Positions 37,675 through 45,631 of a stretch of 64,000 nt of DNA are shown here, piece by piece. Under the pieces are notes generated by a model that was not told where the DNA came from, did no database searches, and worked only from the letters and a program-made list of their open reading frames with translations. The translations under genes were made by a program, and so were the position numbers. The stretch is from the NCBI GenBank assembly GCA_035573915.1, contig DATLZQ010000002.1:2333-66332 (forward strand), read 5' to 3'. The DNA comes from Actinomycetota bacterium. GTDB lineage: Bacteria > Actinomycetota > UBA4738. The number at the start of each line of letters is the position of its first letter. The stretch's first letter is position 1.

Positions 37675-40036
37675 TCAGTCCGCCTCCTCCGTCGGTTCGC
37701 GATGCGGCCTGGCCGGCCCGCCCAGCCAGGAGACCAACTCGTCGACGGTGAGCGCCGGGGAGACATCTGGCCACAGGGCCATGGAGAGCGACACGACTGC
37801 GGGGGGCTCGAGGCTCGCCCGCTTCAAGAGTTCGCAGTCGGCGAGAACCACGCGGGGGTCGCCGTCCGCTTCGAGCGTTCCATCCCGCATCACCAGGACC
37901 CGTGTCGCGAACTCCGCCGCCAGCTCCAGGTCGTGGCTCACCACGAGCAGGGCCAGCCCCAGCCGCTCTCGGAGCTCCTCGAGCTCCTCGAACAGGTGTC
38001 TGGTCTCCCGTTCGTCGAGACCGGCGGTGGGCTCGTCCAGGATGAGGACCGTGGGATCCATGGTAAGGAGGGCGGCGATCGCCAGCCGACGGGCCTCAGA
38101 CCGGGTCATCGCCAATGGGTTCGCCTCGAGGCTGAGACGGAAGCGCGACGCCTCGCGTTCCACAGCCTCCTCGACGCGGTCCTCCTGCCAGCCAAGGTTC
38201 CGCGGCCCGAAGGCCAGTTCCTCCCGGACGGTAGGGGCGATTACCTGGAGCGTCGGTTCCTGAAACACGTACCCGACCCTCACCCCGTCCCCACGCCACA
38301 CCGAGCCACTTTCTGGGTCCAAGGCGTCGGCGAGGAGCAGGCTCAATGTCGTCTTCCCAGACCCGTTGGCTCCGAGGAGGAAGCAGAACTCGTGTGAGCG
38401 GAGGTCCAGGGTGACCCCACGGACCGCGGGCGGGCCACCGGGGTAGCGAAAGGTGAGCCGTTCGCAACGAAGCAGGAGGGTACCGTCCCGACGGTTGCGG
38501 AGTTCGGGGACGGGCCGGGTGCCAGCCCTCGATGCGAGGACCCGAGCGGCCTCGGCAGGCGTGAGCGGGAGGTCGAGGTGCAGAGCGGCTCCAATCCTCT
38601 TGAGCTGAGGGATGCGGGCGCGGGCGATGTCCATCCAGTGAGTCTCACGGAGCCCCTCTCCGTCCAGGGACGCGACCAGGCGTCCGCGGTCGAGCAGGAT
38701 GGCCTCGTCCAGGGCCTGCTGGAACTCAGCGACGCTCGGGTCGGTGAGCAGGACCGTGCGCTGCTCACGGGCGCCCAGTCGGCTGTGGACCATCTCGAGC
38801 GCCTGCGTCACTTCTCGGCGGCCCTGGGGATCCAGGTGAGCTGTGGGCTCGTCCAGCAGGAGGAGAGCCGGGCGGCTGGCGAGGGCAGAGGCGAGCTGGA
38901 CCCGTTGCATTTCCCCTCCAGACAGTTTGAGGGTCGACCGCCCGAGGAATGTCGCGTCCAGGCCGACCAGCTCCAGCGCCTCGGCGGCGCCGGTCCGGTC
39001 GCTCATGGCGAAGGGGTTGACGGCGTGTTCGAGCTCGTCCCGGACGGTCAGCCCGACCAAGCCGTGTACGGGATCCGGGAAGACGTACCTGGCCACCTGA
39101 GCGAGCTCGGCCATCGTCCGCCGTCGGGTATCGTGGCCACCAACGAGCACACGCCCGCGCATTCGACCGAGGCCGTGAGGAACGAGCCCGCTGGCGGCCA
39201 GGAGGAGCGTGGTCTTACCGGCATCGGTGGGCCCGGCCACCAACACGGTCCGGCCCCACGGAATGCTCAGGGAGAGACTGTCGATGGCCAGCCGCTCCGG
39301 GGGGTCTTCCTCGCTGTACGTGACCGACAGATCCTCGACGCGGAGCGCCTCGAGGCCCGACACGGAGATCCTTGAGCCTCGGCCCAGGATGCCTCTGCTG
39401 TCGACTGCCAGCGCCTGGGTGTGGACACGGTTGATGAGGCGAGCCATGAGCGGCATGGCCAGGGTTCCGTAGCCACGGATCCGACGGAGCACCGGCCCCC
39501 GGTCCAGTGCCAACCCTCTGACCCGCAGCGCCCGGACGGCCGTCTCGAATTCGAAAGCGAAGATATCGATGTAGCGCAGGACCACCATGACGTAGAGGAC
39601 GACCTTCCGCGGGGCGCCCAGTCCGCGGACGCCGGCCAGGATGTCCTCCTTCGTGGTTACCGCGATATAGGCGATCGACACGAGCATCATCGCGGCGATG
39701 CGGGCGGCGAGCAGGCCTCCCCGTTCGAAGCTGGTGGCGGAGACACGGAAGATGCCGTACGGGCGGGCCTCCGGGCCGGCAGCGGTGAGAGCGTTGCTTG
39801 CAAGGGTCAGGAGCGCGGTGACCAAGCATCCGACCAGGAGGACCCGGGGGTATCGGCGGCCGGTGAGCAGCAAGAGTGCGCCGATCCCCAAGGCGGTCAG
39901 GACCCAAGGCCAGTTGAAGGCCAACGCGGCAAAGATGCTCAGGACGACGTAGACGAGAAGGCGGGGAGCTGGAGGAAGCCTCCCGAGCCCCCCGGCCCTG
40001 AGTCGCGCGGAGTTCAGCTCGCTGTCGGGCCTCAAT
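37675..40036 (-). CDS. ECF transporter energizing module: fused T (EcfT/CbiQ-like) + two ATPase (EcfA-like) domains
   Basis: TTG start at 40036 overlaps the S-component stop (TTGA). About 230-aa multi-TM T domain, then NBD1 (GPTDAGKTTL, LSGGEMQRV, LLLDEPTAHLD) and NBD2 (GANGSGKTTL, ...LILDEPTAGLD). Confidence 0.7.
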
Positions 40037-40817
40037 CCACCGGCCTCCAGACCAGCCGGAGGCGCTTCATCTCGCGGTGGAATGCCCACAGGACCGCAAT
40101 CCCGAGGCTCCCTGCCACCGTGTCCCCCAGGAACCAACCGGGGAAGACGAGGGAGAAGGCCGCCCGGTACCCCATCCCTCCAACCGTGGCCCAGGCCACC
40201 GCGCCGAGGATCGCGCTGGCCAGGCTGGAGAGCACCACCGCGAGGACCGCCAGGACGATGTCCCGGTTCACGGTGAGGTTGCGGGCGCCGAGGAGGTAGA
40301 GGAGCCCCCAGCCGACCAAGGTGAGGCCGAAGGCGACCGCGTAGCCCCAGCGTCCCAACACCGGACCGACCAGGTAGCCGCCAACCATGGTGATGACGAT
40401 GCTGGCGACGACGGCGAGGATCCCGAGGAGCACCTTGGCGCTTGGAACGCCGGAGGCACCGCCGCCCACGCGCACTCGGAAGAGCCTGAACAGCGCCCAG
40501 GCGAGGAGGGTATTGCCGAAGAAGGCCGGAATGGGGTTTTGCGCGAAGTTGATAGCCAGGGCGCTCCCGGCGAGCGCTCCCCCGAGGAACGTCCCGACGG
40601 CTGCTGCCAGCCACCCGTACGGGCCGAGCCAGATGGCGCCCGTGACCATGAAGATCTGGGGAAGCCAGAAGAAGCTTGCCCCGAAGGCCCCCGGGATGGA
40701 GAGGAACTGGCTGGAGAGCCAGGCGGCGGGGACGATGGCCGCCGCCCAGAGGGCCGAGGCCACGAACAGCCTGGTTTGGTTCGTGGGGCCACTGTAGTCG
40801 TACTGGGCCGTTGCCAT
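40032..40817 (-). CDS. ECF transporter S (substrate-capture) component, substrate unknown
   Basis: ATG 40817 after GAAGGGAGG. 261 aa, about 6 TM, small hydrophobic integral membrane protein directly upstream of the T-A-A gene. Confidence 0.6.
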   Translation of the reverse strand: MATAQYDYSGPTNQTRLFVASALWAAAIVPAAWLSSQFLSIPGAFGASFFWLPQIFMVTGAIWLGPYGWLAAAVGTFLGGALAGSALAINFAQNPIPAFFGNTLLAWALFRLFRVRVGGGASGVPSAKVLLGILAVVASIVITMVGGYLVGPVLGRWGYAVAFGLTLVGWGLLYLLGARNLTVNRDIVLAVLAVVLSSLASAILGAVAWATVGGMGYRAAFSLVFPGWFLGDTVAGSLGIAVLWAFHREMKRLRLVWRPVD

Positions 40818-40877
40818 TGCCTGCCTCCCTTCACTTGCCGACCACTCCACCGCGCCTGCAGCGGGACTGTGATCCGA

Positions 40878-41684
40878 TCATCTCTTTGGCGCCCGCAGTT
40901 CGGTCAGCTCTCTGAGTGGAGGGATCCGCTCCACCATGCCGGGTTCCAGCAGCTCCCAGTTGATTCCGCTGGGCTTCTCATGCGTGAGCGGGGGCCGGAG
41001 GACCCGCGTGGGGGTAACGATCACGTCCACGACCGTGTCGAAGGGCCGGGGTTGAACGTCGACGTCGACCACTTGACAGTCGTGCACAATGGCGACGACG
41101 GGTGTGTCGTCGGCAACCAGCCCCACCTCGCGGAACATGCCCCACTCGAGGTCGAAGTATCCGTGGCCCTTTCCGAAGCGGAGCCCGCCGGTGCTGATCG
41201 CCGCAGCGCCCGTGAGGAGCAAATCCAGCCGTGGGCCCGAGGCGAGCTCGCGCAGGCTGACGGGGTGGCCCACGTAGTCGAGCCCGTCCAGGGTGGCGGC
41301 ATACGGAACGCGCGACGGCTCCACGCTCCCGGTCGGTACGAAGAGGAACCCGCGTTCGATCCCGTAGGTAGAGACCAGGAGGTCCTTCCCGTCCTCCATG
41401 CACAACTGACGGATCAGGGTGAGACCGTTGTCCGGGGTGACGAAGACGACCCGGGCGCGCCGGTACTCGGGTAGGTCTCTCACGGCCTGCGCGCACCGGT
41501 CACTGCCCTCGAAGTCGGGGATGAACTCGCTAAAATTCCAGTGGAAGCGGGAGTCGGGACGGGCCACCCGCATGAGTTCCGACCAGACTCGCTGACGCAC
41601 GAGTTCCTTCTCCTCCCGGTCCCTGATGTCCGGGGGACTCGGAGTCCGGTCAGTCCCAGTCATCGTCTTTCCACCTCGCTTCAT
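40878..41684 (-). CDS. 5-formyltetrahydrofolate cyclo-ligase (5-FCL/MTHFS)-like family protein, stand-alone
   Basis: GKGHGYFDLEW, VTPDNGL, paralogous (about 50% identity) to the C-terminal domain of the upstream GntR fusion. ATG overlaps the upstream stop (ATGA). Confidence 0.7.
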   Translation of the reverse strand: MKRGGKTMTGTDRTPSPPDIRDREEKELVRQRVWSELMRVARPDSRFHWNFSEFIPDFEGSDRCAQAVRDLPEYRRARVVFVTPDNGLTLIRQLCMEDGKDLLVSTYGIERGFLFVPTGSVEPSRVPYAATLDGLDYVGHPVSLRELASGPRLDLLLTGAAAISTGGLRFGKGHGYFDLEWGMFREVGLVADDTPVVAIVHDCQVVDVDVQPRPFDTVVDVIVTPTRVLRPPLTHEKPSGINWELLEPGMVERIPPLRELTELRAPKR

Positions 41685-42691
41685 CCGGACAGGGCCCGGG
41701 CCCAGGAGGACCCGAGCAGGGCGAAGTACGTCCCAGGCTTGACGAGGTCCGGGGGGATCCGGTCCCAGAAGATGCCGTCGGGCTTGGGGAGCGGCGGCTC
41801 GCAGCGGAGTACTCGGGTCGGGGTGACGATGACGTCAACCGTCACGTCGTAGGGAGCGTGCGCCACGGCCTGGTCGATGACCTGGCAGTCGTGGACGGAC
41901 ACGATGACGGGTGTGCGCTGACTCACGAGGTCGAGTTCGCGGAGCAGCGCCCACTCGAGGTCCAGGAAGCCGTGGCCCTTTCCGAAGTGGACACCCTCCC
42001 TCGTCACGGCGGCCGCCCCGCTCACCACCGCGTCGACTCTCCCCAGTCGGACCAGCCGCTCGAGGGAGAGGTACGTTCCGAACCGCTCCATGGCGTCCAG
42101 CGTCGCGGCGAGCTCAAGGGCGCTCGGACGCAGGCGACGAGGGTCGAGGAGGACGAACCCACGGCGCATGGCGTAGGTAGCGACCACGAGGCGCTTTCCG
42201 TCAGCCAGCGCCTGGTGTCGGAACTGCTCCAGGTTGTTGTCGGGGGCCACGAACAGAAGGGACGCGGAGCGGTACTCCGGCAGTCGCCTGAGGGTTCGGG
42301 TGCACCGGTCGCTGCCCTCGAAGTCGGGGATGAATTCCCGGAAGTCGAAGTCGAAGCGGGAGTCGGGACGGGCAACCGCTCTGAGCTTGCTCCACACCGC
42401 CCTGCGCAGCTTCGCGGCCGGGTTGACGAACGTCCCGCGCCCCGGCTCTCGCCACAGGAGGCCTTCGCGTTCGAGTTCTGCCAGAGCTCGCCGCACCGTC
42501 CCCCGGCTCACCCGGAAGCGCTGGACCAGACTCCACTCGGCCGGGAGGGGGCGGTCGTCCTCCAGGGGGGACTCCAGGATTGCACGCTCGAGCTCGCGGG
42601 CCACGCGCACGTAGAGCGGGAGCCGTCGGGTGTCGGCACCAGGGTCGCTCCCGGTCAGGGGCACCGCTCTCCACCGCCGAGGGAGAGGCAT
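41681..42691 (-). CDS. GntR-family transcriptional regulator with C-terminal 5-FCL-like effector domain
   Basis: N-terminal wHTH (LPLYVRVARELERAILESPLEDDRPLPAEWSLVQRFRVSRGTVRRALAELEREGLL). C-terminal 5-FCL fold (FGKGHGFLDLEW). ATG at 42691 has no SD and sits in an AT-rich patch (possibly leaderless). Confidence 0.7.
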   Translation of the reverse strand: MPLPRRWRAVPLTGSDPGADTRRLPLYVRVARELERAILESPLEDDRPLPAEWSLVQRFRVSRGTVRRALAELEREGLLWREPGRGTFVNPAAKLRRAVWSKLRAVARPDSRFDFDFREFIPDFEGSDRCTRTLRRLPEYRSASLLFVAPDNNLEQFRHQALADGKRLVVATYAMRRGFVLLDPRRLRPSALELAATLDAMERFGTYLSLERLVRLGRVDAVVSGAAAVTREGVHFGKGHGFLDLEWALLRELDLVSQRTPVIVSVHDCQVIDQAVAHAPYDVTVDVIVTPTRVLRCEPPLPKPDGIFWDRIPPDLVKPGTYFALLGSSWARALSG

Positions 42692-42713
42692 GTTTAGACA
42701 TTCATACACATGT
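42690..42713 (-). promoter_or_regulatory. Candidate GntR operator overlapping the gntR-like start: ATGT-N4-ACAT (42690-42701) plus ACATGT palindrome (42708-42713); TATGAAT -10-like element
   Basis: Matches the GntR GT-N-AC inverted-repeat pattern. Lies in the only AT-rich stretch of an 80-bp intergenic region directly at the regulator's start codon. Confidence 0.35.
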
Positions 42714-42771
42714 ACCCGGTCCCGCGCAAGCGGCAAGGAACGATACGCCGTGAGCCCCGGTACGGTGACCT

Positions 42772-44535
42772 TCAGGCCTCGAGGGGGACGAGCTCGAAGC
42801 GGACCGTGTCCACCAGGCCCCGGTCCGTGATCTTGAGCTCGGGGATCACCGACAGGGCCAGGAACGACATGGCCATGAACGGGGAGGGCAGGGTGACGCC
42901 GAGGCCCCGGGCGGCCTCCTCCAGGTGCTCCACCGCCGCGGCCACCTCCTCGGCGGGCCGGTCCGAGAGGAGCCCCCCGATGGGGCAGCGCACCTCTCCT
43001 ACGACCTGCCCCCCGGCCACCGCCACCTGCCCCCCGCCCACCCGGGCCAGGTGGTTGACGGCGGCCGCCATGTCGGCCTCGTCCACCCCTACCACCACCA
43101 CGTTGTGGGCGTCGTGGGCGTGCGTGGAGGCCAGGGCGCCCCGGCGGAGCCCGAACCCCGTGACGAATCCCAAGCCCACCCGCCCCGTCCCCCGGTGGCG
43201 TTCGACCACCGCGATCTTGGCCAGGTCGCGGCCGGGGTCGGCCACGGCCTGCCCGTCCCGCCGGGCCGGCTCGGCCACCAGGGCCCGGGTCACGATCTGC
43301 CCCGGCTCCACCCCGATCACCCGGACCCGGCCGTCGGCCCGGACGGAGAAGGCCTCCGCCATGAGCTCGGGCACCCGGACGCTCCCCCGCATCCAGGCTG
43401 GCGCCTCCACCCTGGGCACGCCCAGGGCCACCCCGTCCCGCGCCACCAGCCGCCCTCGCTTCCAGACGAACCGTGGCCGGAAGGACGAGAGGTCCGGGAC
43501 CGCCACGATGTCTGCCAGGTACCCGGGGGCCACGGCCCCGTGTCGCCACAGGCGGTGGTAGCGGGCCGCGTTCAGGGTCCCCAGGGCCACGGCCACCTCG
43601 GGCGGGCAGCCCAGGGCCACGGCCCTTCGGACCACGTCGTTGACGTGCCCCTCCCGCAGGAGCTGGTCGGGCTCGCGGTCGTCGGTGCAGAGGAGGCAGT
43701 TGGTGGACCCGTACCGGAGGACCAGGGGGAGGAGGGCCTCGAGGTTCCGGGCGGCGGAGCCCTCCCGGATCATGATCCACATCCCCAGCCGGCGCTTCTC
43801 CAGGGCCTCCTCGAACGTGGTGCACTCGTGGTCGCTGCTCACCCCCCCCGCGAGGTAGGCGTTGAGGGCCTTGCCGGACAGCCCCGGGGCGTGGCCGTCC
43901 ACGTGACGGTCCCCGGCCCGGCGGGCGGCCTCGATCTTGGCCAGGATGGCCTCCTCCCCGGCCACGGCGTTGGGGTAGTCCATGAGCTCGGCCAGGCCCA
44001 GGGCCCGCCGCTCCTCGGCCAGGAACCGCTCGATGTCCGGGGCCTCCACCGTGGCCCCGTTGGACTCGAAGGGGCTGGCCGGGACGCAGGAGGAGACCAT
44101 CACGTAGTAGTCGAGGGGGACCCCCTCGGCCAGGCGGAGCAGGGCCTGCACCCCCTCCAGCCCGAAGACGTTAGCCACCTCGTGGGGGTCCAGGACGACC
44201 GTGGTCGTCCCCCAGGGGAGGACGGCCCGGGCGAACTCGTCCACCATGAGCTTGGTGGACTCGAGGTGCATGTGGCCGTCGATGAACCCGGGCAACAGGA
44301 CCAGGCCGGAGGCGTCCACCGTCTCTCGCCCCTCGTAGCGGCCGAGCCCAGCCACGTACTCCCCGGCCACGGCCACGTCGGCCTCAAGGAGCTCGCCCGT
44401 GAAGACCGAGAGGACCCGGGCGCCTTTGATGACCAGGTCGGCCGGCTCGTCCCCCCGGGCCACGGCCAGCCGATGGGCGAGGTCCCTCGTCTCCTCCGCG
44501 CCGCTCACGTCCCCACCGTCCTGGTTGGCAGACAT
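42772..44535 (-). CDS. ade: Adenine deaminase (amidohydrolase superfamily)
   Basis: ATG 44535 after GGGAGGGGA. 587 aa. FIDGHMHLESTKL metal-binding motif typical of Ade. Confidence 0.8.
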   Translation of the reverse strand: MSANQDGGDVSGAEETRDLAHRLAVARGDEPADLVIKGARVLSVFTGELLEADVAVAGEYVAGLGRYEGRETVDASGLVLLPGFIDGHMHLESTKLMVDEFARAVLPWGTTTVVLDPHEVANVFGLEGVQALLRLAEGVPLDYYVMVSSCVPASPFESNGATVEAPDIERFLAEERRALGLAELMDYPNAVAGEEAILAKIEAARRAGDRHVDGHAPGLSGKALNAYLAGGVSSDHECTTFEEALEKRRLGMWIMIREGSAARNLEALLPLVLRYGSTNCLLCTDDREPDQLLREGHVNDVVRRAVALGCPPEVAVALGTLNAARYHRLWRHGAVAPGYLADIVAVPDLSSFRPRFVWKRGRLVARDGVALGVPRVEAPAWMRGSVRVPELMAEAFSVRADGRVRVIGVEPGQIVTRALVAEPARRDGQAVADPGRDLAKIAVVERHRGTGRVGLGFVTGFGLRRGALASTHAHDAHNVVVVGVDEADMAAAVNHLARVGGGQVAVAGGQVVGEVRCPIGGLLSDRPAEEVAAAVEHLEEAARGLGVTLPSPFMAMSFLALSVIPELKITDRGLVDTVRFELVPLEA

Positions 44536-44570
44536 TATGCGCGATCCCCTCCCGCTGGGTGACGGCCGGC

Positions 44571-45566
44571 TCAGGCGTACCCGCCCATGGTCAGGGCCAT
44601 GAGCGCCTTGCCCGTGTGCAGCCGGTTCTCGGCCTCGTCGTAGACGACGGACTGGGGCCCGTCGATGACCTCGTCGGTGACCTCGTGGCCCCGGTCCGCG
44701 GGCAGGCAGTGCATGTACAGGGCGTCCGGCCTGGCCAGGGCCATGCGCCGGGCGTCGCAGATCCAGTCCCGGTGGCGCTCCGAGGTGGCCAGGGCCGCCC
44801 GCTCGTCGGCGAAGAGGTCCAGCCGCCCCCAGGACTTGGGGTAGACGACGTCGGCCTCCCGGAAGGCCTCGTCCATGTCGTGGACGACCGTCACGCCCCC
44901 CCCTCCCTCCTCCGCTGCCCGCCGGGCCTTGTCCATGGCCTCCGGCATGAGGTCCCAGCCCTCCGGGTAGGCGAGGACCACGTCCACCCCGAACCGGGGG
45001 AGCAGCATGGCTAGGCCCTGGGGGACGGACAGGGGCTTGGCGTAGGAGGGGGCGTAGGCCCAGGAGACGGCCACCCGCAGTCCGCGCAGGTCCTGTCCCC
45101 GCTTCTCCCGGATCGTCATGAGGTCGGCCAGGGTCTGGGTGGGGTGGTCCACGTCGCACTGGAGGTTGATCACGGGGACCTCGGCCCACCGGGCCACCTC
45201 CCGCATGTAGGCGTTGCCCTCGTAGGGCACGAGGTCGTGGCGGATGGCGATCCCGTGGCCGTAGCGGGAGAGGATGATCCCCATGTCCTTCGGGCTCTCC
45301 CCGTGGGCCACCTGCGTCTTCTCGGCGTCCAGGTAGTGGGCGTGGCCCCCCAGCTGGGTCATGCCGGCCTCGAAGGCGTTGCGGGTGCGGGTGGACTTGT
45401 CGAGGAACAGCATGAACAGGGTCTTGTCCGGGAGGAGCCGGTGGGGCTCCCCCCGGCGGAACTTCTCCTTGAGCTCGACGGAGACCGCCAGGGCCTCCTC
45501 GATCTCCTCCACCGTCCAGTCGAAGGTCTCGATGTAGTCCCGCCCGGCCAGGGCCCTGCGGTCCAC
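44571..45566 (-). CDS. ygeW: YgeW-like knotted carbamoyltransferase (OTCase/ATCase superfamily), substrate unknown
   Basis: Collinear similarity to E. coli YgeW (FLDKSTRTR, GNAYMREV, VINLQCDVDHPTQ, WAYAPSYAKPLSVPQG, ALYMHCLPAD). Start assigned to the GTG at 45566 after a perfect AGGAGGTGA SD; N-terminus uncertain. Confidence 0.75.
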   Translation of the reverse strand: MDRRALAGRDYIETFDWTVEEIEEALAVSVELKEKFRRGEPHRLLPDKTLFMLFLDKSTRTRNAFEAGMTQLGGHAHYLDAEKTQVAHGESPKDMGIILSRYGHGIAIRHDLVPYEGNAYMREVARWAEVPVINLQCDVDHPTQTLADLMTIREKRGQDLRGLRVAVSWAYAPSYAKPLSVPQGLAMLLPRFGVDVVLAYPEGWDLMPEAMDKARRAAEEGGGGVTVVHDMDEAFREADVVYPKSWGRLDLFADERAALATSERHRDWICDARRMALARPDALYMHCLPADRGHEVTDEVIDGPQSVVYDEAENRLHTGKALMALTMGGYA

Positions 45567-45631
45567 TTCCGTCACCTCCTCCGGGTCGTTCGCGGGCTCG
45601 CTCTCCTCGGCAATCTGGGTCCGGACCGGGG

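Noticed and set aside
40859-40869. Perfect 5-1-5 palindrome TGATCCGATCA upstream of the ECF S-component gene as an operator
   Set aside because: Short palindromes of this size are expected by chance dozens of times in 64 kb. It does not match the GntR GT-N-AC pattern and sits inside the RBS-proximal region. Noted only.
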